This document shows positions 50,159 through 62,270 of a stretch of 64,000 nt of DNA, piece by piece. Below the pieces are notes generated by a model. It made no database searches and was not told where the DNA came from. It saw only the letters and a program-made list of their open reading frames with translations. A program made the translations under genes and the position numbers. The stretch comes from Planctomycetota bacterium (lineage in GTDB: Bacteria > Planctomycetota > UBA1135 > UBA2386), in contig BJHM01000008.1 of assembly GCA_014192625.1 (NCBI GenBank), positions 66,944 to 130,943 on the forward strand, read 5' to 3'. Position 1 is the first letter of the stretch. Each line of letters starts with the position of its first letter.

Positions 50159-52763
50159 CCAACGTCATATTACCCTGCGCAACGCCAATATGGGCGAGTG
50201 CTCCAGTTCTGCGAGCAAGGCTATCCGCATCTATCCGATGCGCCAAAAATTCGCGCCATGCAGCGAGCACTTCACCGGTAGCAGCGCGATCTTCGCGCAC
50301 AAACTCGACGCGAAACCGGCGCACCCCAGCCTTCTGCAAACGTTCTGACCAGCGTGCCGCCTGCTGGGGTTCGTAATGAAACACTGTATTTCGGCAACCC
50401 ACATCAACGATCACCGGGTGCTGCCGGCCCTGATGATCTTGCACCGCGATTTGATGGCGGTCGCAGGGCCGGCCGCATGAATGAAAATCGCGACCATTGC
50501 TGAGCAGGTGAGAATAAAGGCAGTGCTCGGTGTGATACGTGGGGATCCGATGATGCACAACGGCTGCCATCACTTGCGGTGGCACTTGTTTTAGCAGCGC
50601 AAACAACTGCGCTTCGTCGAGATCGAACGAAGCCGTCAGGGTATCAACGCCAAACCCGATCAGATGCATCGCGGTCAACGAGTTGGTGACGTTGAGCGAG
50701 AAGTCGCCGTGCAGCGCAAACTGCATCCCATCCTTGCGCGCCCGCAAGCAACGCATCAGGGCACCCCAGTGCCGGACCAGGACACCATCCGGCCGCAGTT
50801 TTAGAATGTGTTCGTCGAGTTGCTCGTCACCTGGCTTGCCGACGCGCGCCGTTGCGATCACGACCCGCAGGCCTTTTGCACGCGCACGATCGACCGCGCG
50901 ACCAAGCCCTGTGAACTCCATCCAATCAAGTTCCACCTCACGTAGACCAGCAGCAATCACTGCTTCGAGCTGTTCCTCACTGCGCACTAGCGGCACCAGC
51001 AGAGTCTCTTGCGGCAACTCGACCGCCAATGCGGACGGGATCGCGGCCAAGAGCTCTTGCCGCACTTTCGCTTCTACCGGCTCGGTCGCTACAGCATGAA
51101 CCGCGCCGCGCAAAAGTACCGGCAGGAGCTGCGCCACGAGTTCTCGGCGGAGTTCTTTCAGCTCCTGGGGTGCAAGGTGCGAACCCGTAGCCAACCTAGT
51201 TATGTCGAGTGTGGCAACGGTAAACGGCGTGCCGCCAAATCCGCCGAGCTTGTCGTGCAGCAGCTCTGCATCAAGCCCACGACTGCGCGCAACGGCAAGC
51301 AAAGTTTTGCTCTGCAACGTCACCTCGGTCTGATCCATCCTTGCGATCACCTGCAGCGGTTGGCCAAGTTCGCCAGAGACCGTCAGTGCAATTGCCACGC
51401 GCCCGTCTGGCGCAGTCGCTCGCACACCTTTTTCAACCAGAGCAGCAAGCACACCATCACTAGTGACGAACACCCGATCACCAACGCGAACACGCGACAA
51501 ATCAGGGCCGGGCTGGCCAAAACCAAGTTTCAATTCGTCGCCGCATTCATCGACATAGAACAAAGGGCCGCCTTGCTCGTCCTGTTCGGGCCTCCCTTGA
51601 TCAAACACCACGCCCATGCCTGGCCGCACAAGAAGCTCTGCTTGCACCACCTGCGATGCAAGCGGTGAACTGACCTCGCCCACCTTTGCCGCTGGCGGAT
51701 TGTTCATTGCTCGCGCCCCTGTCCAGGAAGCTGCTTGCGCCTCGCGCAGCACCAACACCGCATCGCTCAACACACGCTGGACGCGACCGATAAAAACGCC
51801 ACGATGTTTAGGAAAGCGACCCTCAATCAACGTCTGGTGATCGCTGCCGGCAAAGAATCCGTCGCTGAAACCACGCGTGTAGCTCAACGCCATGTCGAGT
51901 AAATCGCGCGACAACTGTCGCTCCGCTTCACTCCGGTCGCTGCCACTGGCGAGCGCGTCCACCCAACGTCGGTAGCCAGCCGTGGAGGTCGCAACGTATT
52001 GCGCGCTCTTTTGCCGGCCTTCGATCTTGAGGCTGTGCACGCCAATCTGCATCAACTCGGGAACCGCTCGCGCACCTGCGAGATCCTTTGGGCTGAGCAG
52101 ATACTGCACGTCGCCAAGGTCGCGTAATTCGCCATCAACGATCAGCGAATACGGCATACGACAACTCTGCGCGCACTGGCCGCGATTGGCCGAACGTCCG
52201 CCCCATGCTTCGCTCGTCAGGCATTGTCCGCTCCACGACACGCAGAGCGCGCCGTGGATGAACACTTCAAGCTCGAGATCGGTGCCCTCTGCAAACGCCT
52301 TGATCTCCTGCACGGAGAGCTCGCGTGGGACAACTACCCGGGTCACCTTGAGGCCACTGGCAAACAAAGCGCCGAGCGGACTCGAGATCGTCATCTGAGT
52401 GCTGCCATGCAGTTCGAGCGTGGGGCAGATCGCACGCGCGAGAATGCAGACCGCTGGATCCTGGACGATCAGCGCGTCGACGCCGGCTTTAGCAACGGCA
52501 CGCAGCACCACTGCGACGTGTGCCAGTTCGGGCTCAAACACCAAAGTGTTCAGGGTCACATAGGCCCTGGCGCCAGCGCGATGGATCTGCGCAACGGTAG
52601 CTGGCAAATCAGCGAGCGAGAAGTTGGCGGCTCGGGCGCGGGCGTTGAAGCCATCTTGCAAGCCGAAGTAAACCGCGTTGGCCCCGCTCTGGAGCGCGGC
52701 CGCAAGGGCCAAAGGCGAGCCGGCTGGGGCTAGCACTTCAGGTTTGCGAAAGGGCTTCTTCAT
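50148..52763 (-). CDS. tandem U32-family (peptidase U32 / TrhP-RlhA-UbiUV-type Fe-S) protein
   Basis: ATG 52761-52763 (MKKPFRKPEVLAPAGSPLALAAALQSGANAVYFGL, a typical U32 N-terminus). C-x6-C-x15-C-x3-C at 52161-52244. A second U32-like TIM-type module follows, with C-x14-C-x3-C at 50463-50522. 871 aa. Confidence 0.8.
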   Translation of the reverse strand: MKKPFRKPEVLAPAGSPLALAAALQSGANAVYFGLQDGFNARARAANFSLADLPATVAQIHRAGARAYVTLNTLVFEPELAHVAVVLRAVAKAGVDALIVQDPAVCILARAICPTLELHGSTQMTISSPLGALFASGLKVTRVVVPRELSVQEIKAFAEGTDLELEVFIHGALCVSWSGQCLTSEAWGGRSANRGQCAQSCRMPYSLIVDGELRDLGDVQYLLSPKDLAGARAVPELMQIGVHSLKIEGRQKSAQYVATSTAGYRRWVDALASGSDRSEAERQLSRDLLDMALSYTRGFSDGFFAGSDHQTLIEGRFPKHRGVFIGRVQRVLSDAVLVLREAQAASWTGARAMNNPPAAKVGEVSSPLASQVVQAELLVRPGMGVVFDQGRPEQDEQGGPLFYVDECGDELKLGFGQPGPDLSRVRVGDRVFVTSDGVLAALVEKGVRATAPDGRVAIALTVSGELGQPLQVIARMDQTEVTLQSKTLLAVARSRGLDAELLHDKLGGFGGTPFTVATLDITRLATGSHLAPQELKELRRELVAQLLPVLLRGAVHAVATEPVEAKVRQELLAAIPSALAVELPQETLLVPLVRSEEQLEAVIAAGLREVELDWMEFTGLGRAVDRARAKGLRVVIATARVGKPGDEQLDEHILKLRPDGVLVRHWGALMRCLRARKDGMQFALHGDFSLNVTNSLTAMHLIGFGVDTLTASFDLDEAQLFALLKQVPPQVMAAVVHHRIPTYHTEHCLYSHLLSNGRDFHSCGRPCDRHQIAVQDHQGRQHPVIVDVGCRNTVFHYEPQQAARWSERLQKAGVRRFRVEFVREDRAATGEVLAAWREFLAHRIDADSLARRTGALAHIGVAQGNMTLVGE

Positions 52764-52802
52764 TGGGGCGAAGTAGTATCGGGAGCTACCCTTCCCCTCG
52801 CA

Positions 52803-53081
52803 ATGACCACGGACGAACTGCACCAACTCCGCTGCCGCATGGACGCGATCAACTTGCGGCTGTGCGCCGTGCTGGAAGAGCGCGCTCAGCTGTGCCGCGC
52901 GATCGGTGCTTGGAAGCAACTGCACGGCGTTGCTATGGCGGATCCAGCACGCGAAACGGCAATGCTGACCCTATTACTGCAGCACGCGGGCACCGGTTTC
53001 GACGCGAAGGCGTTGGCGCGGATCTTACGCTTGGTGTTCGACGAATCGCGCGCCATCGTGATGCGCGCGACAACCAGCTAG
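52803..53081 (+). CDS. monofunctional chorismate mutase, AroQ (type II) class
   Basis: 92 aa. LRCRMDAINLRLCAVLEERAQLCRAIGAWK ... ADPARETAML ... LRLVFDESR follows the three-helix AroQ pattern. Confidence 0.75.
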   Translation: MTTDELHQLRCRMDAINLRLCAVLEERAQLCRAIGAWKQLHGVAMADPARETAMLTLLLQHAGTGFDAKALARILRLVFDESRAIVMRATTS

Positions 53082-53782
53082 TCGTCGATCGGTGATGCTG
53101 CGTTGCTGGTCTTTGCAGTCGGCACAGAAAGCACAGCAGGGACCATGAGCGGCAAGCCACTTCGCCCGACGTTGCTGCCATCAATACTGCGGACCAGCTT
53201 CTGCATGGTCGAAGTGAGCACGCGACCAGTGAGCATCACGCGACTTGGCGGGCGCATTGCGGGATCGGTGAGCTGACGTTCACCGTAAAGGCGTTCAAAC
53301 AAAACCGTGCGCTGACCGTCAAAACCAATGCTGCCCAGCACCTGAAGTTTCATGCCAAGCTCGCTGAGCGCCCGCGAGCCGGATTCCAGCTCCATGGAAC
53401 CCGTAAGGAAGGTGATCAGCGTCGGCTGGATCACGACATCGGCGTTGGCTGCACTATCGACAAAAGACGAAAACACATGGCTCTGCTGAAGGTCCTTGTG
53501 CAGCACATCATCGAGCATCTCTGCGACGGTCCGATTCCAGCGACTCTCATCGTCATAAACGATCGGGTAAGCGCCCTGCGTTGCTGGCAGCCCATCCTGC
53601 TCCCGATTATCGACGATCGGGGCCAAGAACAGCGTCCGATCACCAGGCATCCTTGAGGTGTAGGTGGTGCCTTTGTAGATCAAGTCGTTGAGGGCAAAGT
53701 CGGCGAGCTTGCTGTCGGTGGAACTACAAGCCGAAACAGCCAGTGCTAGCACGAGCGAACCCATGGTGAGGGGATGGTTCAT
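53078..53782 (-). CDS. hypothetical lipoprotein
   Basis: ATG 53780-53782 gives MNHPLTMGSLVLALAVSACSS (lipobox). No family recognised. Its stop shares the tetranucleotide CTAG (53078-53081) with the convergent chorismate mutase stop. Confidence 0.6.
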   Translation of the reverse strand: MNHPLTMGSLVLALAVSACSSTDSKLADFALNDLIYKGTTYTSRMPGDRTLFLAPIVDNREQDGLPATQGAYPIVYDDESRWNRTVAEMLDDVLHKDLQQSHVFSSFVDSAANADVVIQPTLITFLTGSMELESGSRALSELGMKLQVLGSIGFDGQRTVLFERLYGERQLTDPAMRPPSRVMLTGRVLTSTMQKLVRSIDGSNVGRSGLPLMVPAVLSVPTAKTSNAASPIDD

Positions 53783-53885
53783 GCCGGTGCCATCGGCATT
53801 TGGCAGCCTATACTTGAGTATGAACCGCACGAAACCGCGGCTTTGATCCGCGCCGCACAGATGGGTAGAAACATGCGCCTTCACC

Positions 53886-56885
<3,000 letters not shown>

Positions 56886-56900
56886 TGCGGCGGCACAGCA

Positions 56901-57941
56901 TCACTTCGCGAGTTTCAAAAGCTTGGTGATGCGGCCCACACTGTTCCAGTCCATCACGAACAGATTGCCCTGCGAATCGGCACAGACCGAGTGTGGCGCG
57001 AAGAACATGCCGTCCTCCCAGAGGTCGCGGGCAACCCCATTGACTCCTTGCAGCGCTTTGCTGGCGGTATCGCCAAGCTGCACCATGACCTTGTCGTCCT
57101 TGCCGAGGATCGAAACGCGCCCCTCAAGGTCCGCGACCGCGAGTTCGCCATCCGCCAATGGCCAAGCGTTGCACGGCAGGCGCAGGTCCTTGTCCATCAT
57201 GCGAACGTAGGTGCCATCGAGCGTGAACCACTGCAAACGGTGATTGGCGCGATCGCAGACCAATAACAGCGGCTCCTTGCCGCGGTTGTCCAACAACAGG
57301 CCGTGCGGGGTTTGAAACTTGCCCTTGTCCGTGCCTGGGCCACCGAACGACTTCAAATACTTGCGCTGCGAATCATAGCTGTGCACCCACGACCTGCCGT
57401 AGCCATCGGCGACAAAGATGCGGCCATCCGCGGCAACCGCGATGGCGGTCGGGTTGTATTGATCTTCCTTCTCGTAGATGCCGGATGCCTCGGGCCAACC
57501 GATCGTCCACAACACTTTGCCTTCGATCGTGGCCTTCAGAACTTCGTGCCGGCTGGTGTGGGCTAGGTAGAGCACTTCATGCTGGTCCTCGACACGCAGG
57601 CACATGCCATGCATGCCGCCGCCATATTCTTTACCGAACGAGCCTACGACTTCGCCCGCAGGCGAGAACATCAACACCGCATGCTCGGTGTCGGTATTGA
57701 CAAGGATCCGGCCACTCTTGTCGATGACCATGCAACCGTGCGTGTTGCCGATCTCCTTGCCACTTGGCAAGCGGCCCCAGTCATGCACCCAGCGATACCG
57801 ATGCGCCCCACTGCCTAGTTCGACGACTGCAACGGAAGCAGCAACCGAAGCAACAACCGGAGCAGTTTCCTTGGTGCCTTCCTGACTAATGAGCGCGCTC
57901 GCTGCAGCGAGTGCGAAGAGGACTGAATGTGTCTTGTACAT
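56901..57941 (-). CDS. secreted NHL-repeat / six-bladed beta-propeller protein (peptidyl-alpha-hydroxyglycine lyase-like)
   Basis: Signal peptide MYKTHSVLFALAAASALI. Repeated blade motifs (PHG.. / ..VAD....R...F), for example IFVADGYGRSWVHSY, LLVCDRANHRLQWF, LFVMDWNSVGRITKL. Confidence 0.7.
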   Translation of the reverse strand: MYKTHSVLFALAAASALISQEGTKETAPVVASVAASVAVVELGSGAHRYRWVHDWGRLPSGKEIGNTHGCMVIDKSGRILVNTDTEHAVLMFSPAGEVVGSFGKEYGGGMHGMCLRVEDQHEVLYLAHTSRHEVLKATIEGKVLWTIGWPEASGIYEKEDQYNPTAIAVAADGRIFVADGYGRSWVHSYDSQRKYLKSFGGPGTDKGKFQTPHGLLLDNRGKEPLLLVCDRANHRLQWFTLDGTYVRMMDKDLRLPCNAWPLADGELAVADLEGRVSILGKDDKVMVQLGDTASKALQGVNGVARDLWEDGMFFAPHSVCADSQGNLFVMDWNSVGRITKLLKLAK

Positions 57942-57959
57942 GTGGCTCTATTCCGTAAG

Positions 57960-58916
57960 TCAGTGAGTGTGACCCTGAACTGGATTCTGGATGTGATTTC
58001 GAGTGTGCCGCGCAGCACCCTCAAAAGTTGAACCTGTGCCTTCTGCAATCAGCGAATCTAGCACCCGCATGGCCTCAATTTCTGCGCCAGTCTCGTGAAG
58101 TGCCTTGGCCAAGAATAATAGTGTGCGCTGCCGATCCAAACCGAGATCGGGGCGAGCAAGTGCAGCACTCAATACCAGCACCGCTTCGGCATGGCGCCGC
58201 TCTTTGAATCGCAGGTAGCCCTCGGTGCATGCGCTCGCCGCAGAGTCGGGTGCTTTCGCCAGGTAATCCCGAGCCTTTTCCAATTGACCTGAGAGCACTG
58301 CAAGCCGAGCGAGCTGCTGCCACGCATCTGCAATACCAACATCAGCAGCCAACAGCAGAGCGGCTTCCGTGCCGATCCGACAGCCGAGCTCCAGTGACAG
58401 GCAACCCAGCTGGTAATTGGCTGCTGCACTGAACGGCATGGCAGCAACCGCGGCGCGGGCCTTCTGCAGCGCCGACCGACGATTTGCCACCAGGTCGATC
58501 CATGCCGCAAGCTCGGGCGGATCTTGCGGACCAGGACGCGCAGCGATCAATCGCCCTGCCGCATCCAACACGCAGACTCCCATGCCTTCGCCACCACAAA
58601 GCCAAGCGTCGTAGCAATCCGCTCGACGAAAGCCATCGAGCCACGCAGTGCAAAAGTCGCCGCGCTGCAACGCCGCAAGTACCAAAGTTGAGTTGAGCGT
58701 GCCCTGCTCCATCCGATCGCTGAGTTCACGCCCAGGCAAGGCAAAGTAAACGATCGTATCGCGGCCATCCGAGCGCAAAAAAACCGAGGCAGGATCGGCA
58801 GCCACTCGCCAAGGCACCGCCACAGCACAGCCAGACAGCACGGCAGCGAGAAACAGCACCACCAAGCTAGCAACGCCACGCGCACGAGAGCGACTTGCCC
58901 CGAAGCTTAAACGCAT
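57960..58916 (-). CDS. hypothetical lipoprotein with TPR-like helical C-terminal region
   Basis: Signal peptide plus lipobox (LAAVLSGC). The C-terminal half is made of helical-repeat-like segments. ATG 58914-58916 overlaps the upstream stop by 1 nt. Confidence 0.55.
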   Translation of the reverse strand: MRLSFGASRSRARGVASLVVLFLAAVLSGCAVAVPWRVAADPASVFLRSDGRDTIVYFALPGRELSDRMEQGTLNSTLVLAALQRGDFCTAWLDGFRRADCYDAWLCGGEGMGVCVLDAAGRLIAARPGPQDPPELAAWIDLVANRRSALQKARAAVAAMPFSAAANYQLGCLSLELGCRIGTEAALLLAADVGIADAWQQLARLAVLSGQLEKARDYLAKAPDSAASACTEGYLRFKERRHAEAVLVLSAALARPDLGLDRQRTLLFLAKALHETGAEIEAMRVLDSLIAEGTGSTFEGAARHTRNHIQNPVQGHTH

Positions 58917-60265
58917 CACTGCTTGCGGATCGCGAGTGCCCGGAACTCAACCGGATCATTGTGGCCACAGAAGCCGAAGAACCCCTCTTTTCGCGACTGT
59001 CCTGGATGCGGCTGACCGCCAATCGGCGCCGCCTTGGCCGAGTCGGCATCCGTGATGGTCGTGCCATTCAGCGTGACGGTGATCCGCGTGCCGCGCACCA
59101 TCACTTCCTGATAGTTCCACTCGCCCTGGGCTCTGAGGTAGCCGCGATGCGCAGGCACTAGCGCATACAAGGAGCCATGCGCCTGGTATGGCTTCAAGTC
59201 CGCGTATTTTGGATCGCCGTCGTCGAGCACCTGCACCTCAACCGCGTCATAGGCGGCATCGCCCTTGCCCGGATAGTGGATCGCCAGCCCATTGTTGCCT
59301 CCCGGCGGCAAGCGGAACTGCAGACGCACCGTGAAGTCCATGTAGGACGCATCGGTGAACAGGTTGCCACCGCGATCTTTCCGGCAGCGGATCGCCTCGT
59401 CCTCGACTTCGTAGCTGTCCTTGTCGCCTTGCCAGCCAGCCAGCGACTTGCCATCGAAGATGACGGCAAAGTCTTCGCCACAATGCGACGTGAGAATCTG
59501 GTTCGCCTCAGCAACATTGAGTTCGCGCAGCATGAGATTGCGAAAGCGGATCTCGCCACCATGAGTCTGCAGCTGGATCGGGCCACGCGCACGCAATGGC
59601 AGCTCCCGGTTCCAGAAGTTCTCCATTACCACCCAGTCCACAATGCAAGTGCCGTTAAGCCAGACTGAGGTCCGCTCACCCACCTGCTGGATACGGAGTC
59701 GGTTCCATTCGCCAAACGGCAGGTCTTTCAGCAACGACGGGAAACGCGAGTTGTGCAGGCCATTCCATGCGCCTTTGTCCTCGTTATTCCACAGACCACC
59801 ACTGCCTTTGTCGGAGCCCAGGTTCCACTTGCCGCCCTTCTCGGTGGTATCCCAGATCTGCACCTGCGGCGTGCCACGCAGATAAATCCCTGAGTCGGCG
59901 AGCGCAAGAGTCTGATATTCGAGCTGCAAGTCGATATCGCCGTAGTCCCTGTCCGTCGTCAAGTATGCGCCTTCGCCATCGTTGACCAGATCACCTTGCA
60001 AAACGCGCCAGTGCGTGAGCGTCGCGTCATCCTCGCTGCGAAGTTTGGCGCGCTCCGCAGCGTCCATTGCCGCAAGTTTGTAAGGATCGAAGTGACGCTG
60101 GCCGTGCCACCCGCTCAGGTCTTTGCCATTTAACAGGGGAGTTCGCTCCGGCGTTGAAACGGCAATCGGTGCTGCAACCGGCGCGGGAATTGGAGCAGAC
60201 ACAGGCGTAGTGGTGCAGGCGGCGAGCAGAATCAGGACCAGGGGTTGCAAAACGCGCATTGCCAA
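58916..60265 (-). CDS. lipoprotein with two DUF1080 (3-keto-disaccharide hydrolase-like, jelly-roll) domains
   Basis: Signal peptide plus lipobox (LILLAAC). Two copies of the DUF1080 pattern: LFNGKDLSGW...W.V..G.L...G.L.T...Y.D..L..E......NSG.... Confidence 0.75.
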   Translation of the reverse strand: MAMRVLQPLVLILLAACTTTPVSAPIPAPVAAPIAVSTPERTPLLNGKDLSGWHGQRHFDPYKLAAMDAAERAKLRSEDDATLTHWRVLQGDLVNDGEGAYLTTDRDYGDIDLQLEYQTLALADSGIYLRGTPQVQIWDTTEKGGKWNLGSDKGSGGLWNNEDKGAWNGLHNSRFPSLLKDLPFGEWNRLRIQQVGERTSVWLNGTCIVDWVVMENFWNRELPLRARGPIQLQTHGGEIRFRNLMLRELNVAEANQILTSHCGEDFAVIFDGKSLAGWQGDKDSYEVEDEAIRCRKDRGGNLFTDASYMDFTVRLQFRLPPGGNNGLAIHYPGKGDAAYDAVEVQVLDDGDPKYADLKPYQAHGSLYALVPAHRGYLRAQGEWNYQEVMVRGTRITVTLNGTTITDADSAKAAPIGGQPHPGQSRKEGFFGFCGHNDPVEFRALAIRKQ

Positions 60266-60355
60266 AAGCTAACCTGAATAACCATGCCGCGCACCAACGA
60301 CTAACAGGCCCGATAAAGAACCCGGCTCAGGCATTTTGTTAGCACGTAATCTGAC

Positions 60356-61216
60356 TCAGCGAGCGACCGCCGAAGCGAAGGCCCCCGCAGTACAGGCATC
60401 ACTCGCAACCGATGGGGTTGTCATCGGCTGGTTTACCGCAAACTGCTCTTGGATCTCGAACAGCACGTTGCGTGACGGTGCCGTTTTCGCCAGCGGATCC
60501 TCACCCTGCGATGCCATATCGTTCTCCAGCATCTTCTGCGCGACATCGAGACGCTTCTGAACTTGCGTGAGTGCGGCACGCGCCTGACTCAGGGCACTAT
60601 CATCGAGATCGAAGCGCTGCTGGTTTGCGGCCATGGCTGAAACCCACTGTTGCTGCGTCTTCAGCATCCGAACCTGATCAGTCAGGTTCTCACGCTCCGC
60701 ACGCACCGCCAACAGCCGCTGCTTGGCGACCGACACCGACTCGGTTTGACGATCAATCAACGCGCGCTTGGTCTTCAAGATCGAGTGATTGTTGCGAAAC
60801 GAATCGATGGTCCGCTGCAAGTCCAACTCAACCTTACGCCGAGTCAGCGCATCGCTCGCGAGCACGATTTGCGCATCGCCATCGCCGGACAAGATCCGTG
60901 CACCACTCTTTAGCTTCTTCTCCTCATTGATGGTGACTTTTTCCAACCCCACCACCGAGCCCTGAAGCTCTTCGAGTTCTACTTCTGCACGCGCGACATC
61001 ACGCTTGCAGGATTCGATTTGCGGATCAATCTTTTGGATCAGTCCTTCGGCGCGCTTGATCTCAAAGTCAACCGGGATCGACTCGTTCACCTTGTCCTGC
61101 ACTGAGGTCGCAACCGTGCCGAGGTAGCTCCCGAGATTGGTGCCGAACAGGAGGTAACCCGCAGTTCCCAGCACCACCGTGGTTAAAACCACCAACTTGA
61201 CCGCTTTGAATAACAT
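60356..61216 (-). CDS. membrane-anchored coiled-coil protein (possibly PspA/IM30-like)
   Basis: ATG 61214-61216. One N-terminal TM segment (VKLVVLTTVVLGTAGYLLF) followed by about 230 aa of heptad-like, E/K/Q/R/L-rich sequence. The PspA resemblance is impressionistic. Confidence 0.55.
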   Translation of the reverse strand: MLFKAVKLVVLTTVVLGTAGYLLFGTNLGSYLGTVATSVQDKVNESIPVDFEIKRAEGLIQKIDPQIESCKRDVARAEVELEELQGSVVGLEKVTINEEKKLKSGARILSGDGDAQIVLASDALTRRKVELDLQRTIDSFRNNHSILKTKRALIDRQTESVSVAKQRLLAVRAERENLTDQVRMLKTQQQWVSAMAANQQRFDLDDSALSQARAALTQVQKRLDVAQKMLENDMASQGEDPLAKTAPSRNVLFEIQEQFAVNQPMTTPSVASDACTAGAFASAVAR

Positions 61217-61323
61217 GTCGTCTGCTCCCTGGATTTTGCTTCGCAGAACCGGGACTCGGCTCCACACCAGAATGGCTGCGAACGACTGGCGGATTTATTT
61301 GCGCCATGCTGAAAAATAGTGAT

Positions 61324-61623
61324 TCACGGCCGCTTGCTGCGCAGCGCCGACATGGTTGAGCGCAGCAGGTTGTCGCGCAGCTTTGCGAGCTCCGGCGACG
61401 CGACCTGCGACTCCTTGGCACGCAAGTCTTCGAGCACCGCATTGCAGTACGGACACTGACTCTCACGCAGGTGAAAGTCGAGGAACTCGGCGGCACCACC
61501 GTCGAGTGCGCCTGCATGATAACTAGCCAGCAGGTCAGGATGCGGACATGAGATGCGCTCCTGCCGCCAAACGGTAGCGACCGTGAACGCCAATGCATAG
61601 TCGAGGTCTTTGGCATCACTCAT
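61324..61623 (-). CDS. small soluble zinc-finger (ZAS-like) putative anti-sigma factor
   Basis: ATGA overlap with the sigma stop at 61620-61623. 99 aa with no TM segment. Cys/His cluster CPHP ... FHLRESQCPYC (H-x5-C-x2-C, a variant of H-x3-C-x2-C). Confidence 0.55.
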   Translation of the reverse strand: MSDAKDLDYALAFTVATVWRQERISCPHPDLLASYHAGALDGGAAEFLDFHLRESQCPYCNAVLEDLRAKESQVASPELAKLRDNLLRSTMSALRSKRP

Positions 61624-62270
61624 CGCGCACCGGGCTCCCACAGGCCAAGGAACAGCGAATGATTGGGGTCGTGCAGCCGCGCCAGACTACGCAGCTTGTC
61701 GATCGCACGAAACTTGATGCCCGCAACAATCTTTTCATCCGCGAGCGAGAAGCGTTCGGCAGCAGCTTTGTTGCGGCCACCAAGCACGAACAAGTATTCG
61801 AGCACCATCAGCTTTTGAAACTCACCTTGCTGCCACAGTTCCCCGACCAATTCGCGCAGGATCTTGGCCATCACCTGCTGCCGCCGGCCAAGATCTTCGC
61901 CGTTCACAACCTGGTCCTTGGCGGCTTTGGCTGCGGGATTGGGCATATTCTCAAGCCACAGATTACTCGCATCGCCGTCATCACCCTTCCCCGGTATGAA
62001 TGCAATCCGATGCTTGCGGAAGTGGTCAATCACTCGGTTACGGGCGATACCGAACAAGAACTGTTCGAGCGTGAAGGTCGAATCAAACGTCGGCATCCCG
62101 CGCACCGCCCCAAGGAACACCTCCTGCGTAAGGTCCTCCGCAGTCTGGTGGTTTGGCACATAACGCTTCACATAGAAAAAAATGCGGCGGAAGTAGTCAT
62201 CTTGAAGTCGTGACCAAGCTTCCTCCTGCATCGCTTGCAGCTGCGTGATGTAGTCAGGATGCGCCGTCAT
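61620..62270 (-). CDS. ECF-type RNA polymerase sigma factor
   Basis: ATG 62268-62270 (ATGA overlap with the kinase stop). Region 2 (DYFRRIFFYVKRYV, AEDLTQEVFLGAV, FLFGIARNRVIDHFRK) and a region 4-like C-terminus. Confidence 0.8.
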   Translation of the reverse strand: MTAHPDYITQLQAMQEEAWSRLQDDYFRRIFFYVKRYVPNHQTAEDLTQEVFLGAVRGMPTFDSTFTLEQFLFGIARNRVIDHFRKHRIAFIPGKGDDGDASNLWLENMPNPAAKAAKDQVVNGEDLGRRQQVMAKILRELVGELWQQGEFQKLMVLEYLFVLGGRNKAAAERFSLADEKIVAGIKFRAIDKLRSLARLHDPNHSLFLGLWEPGAR

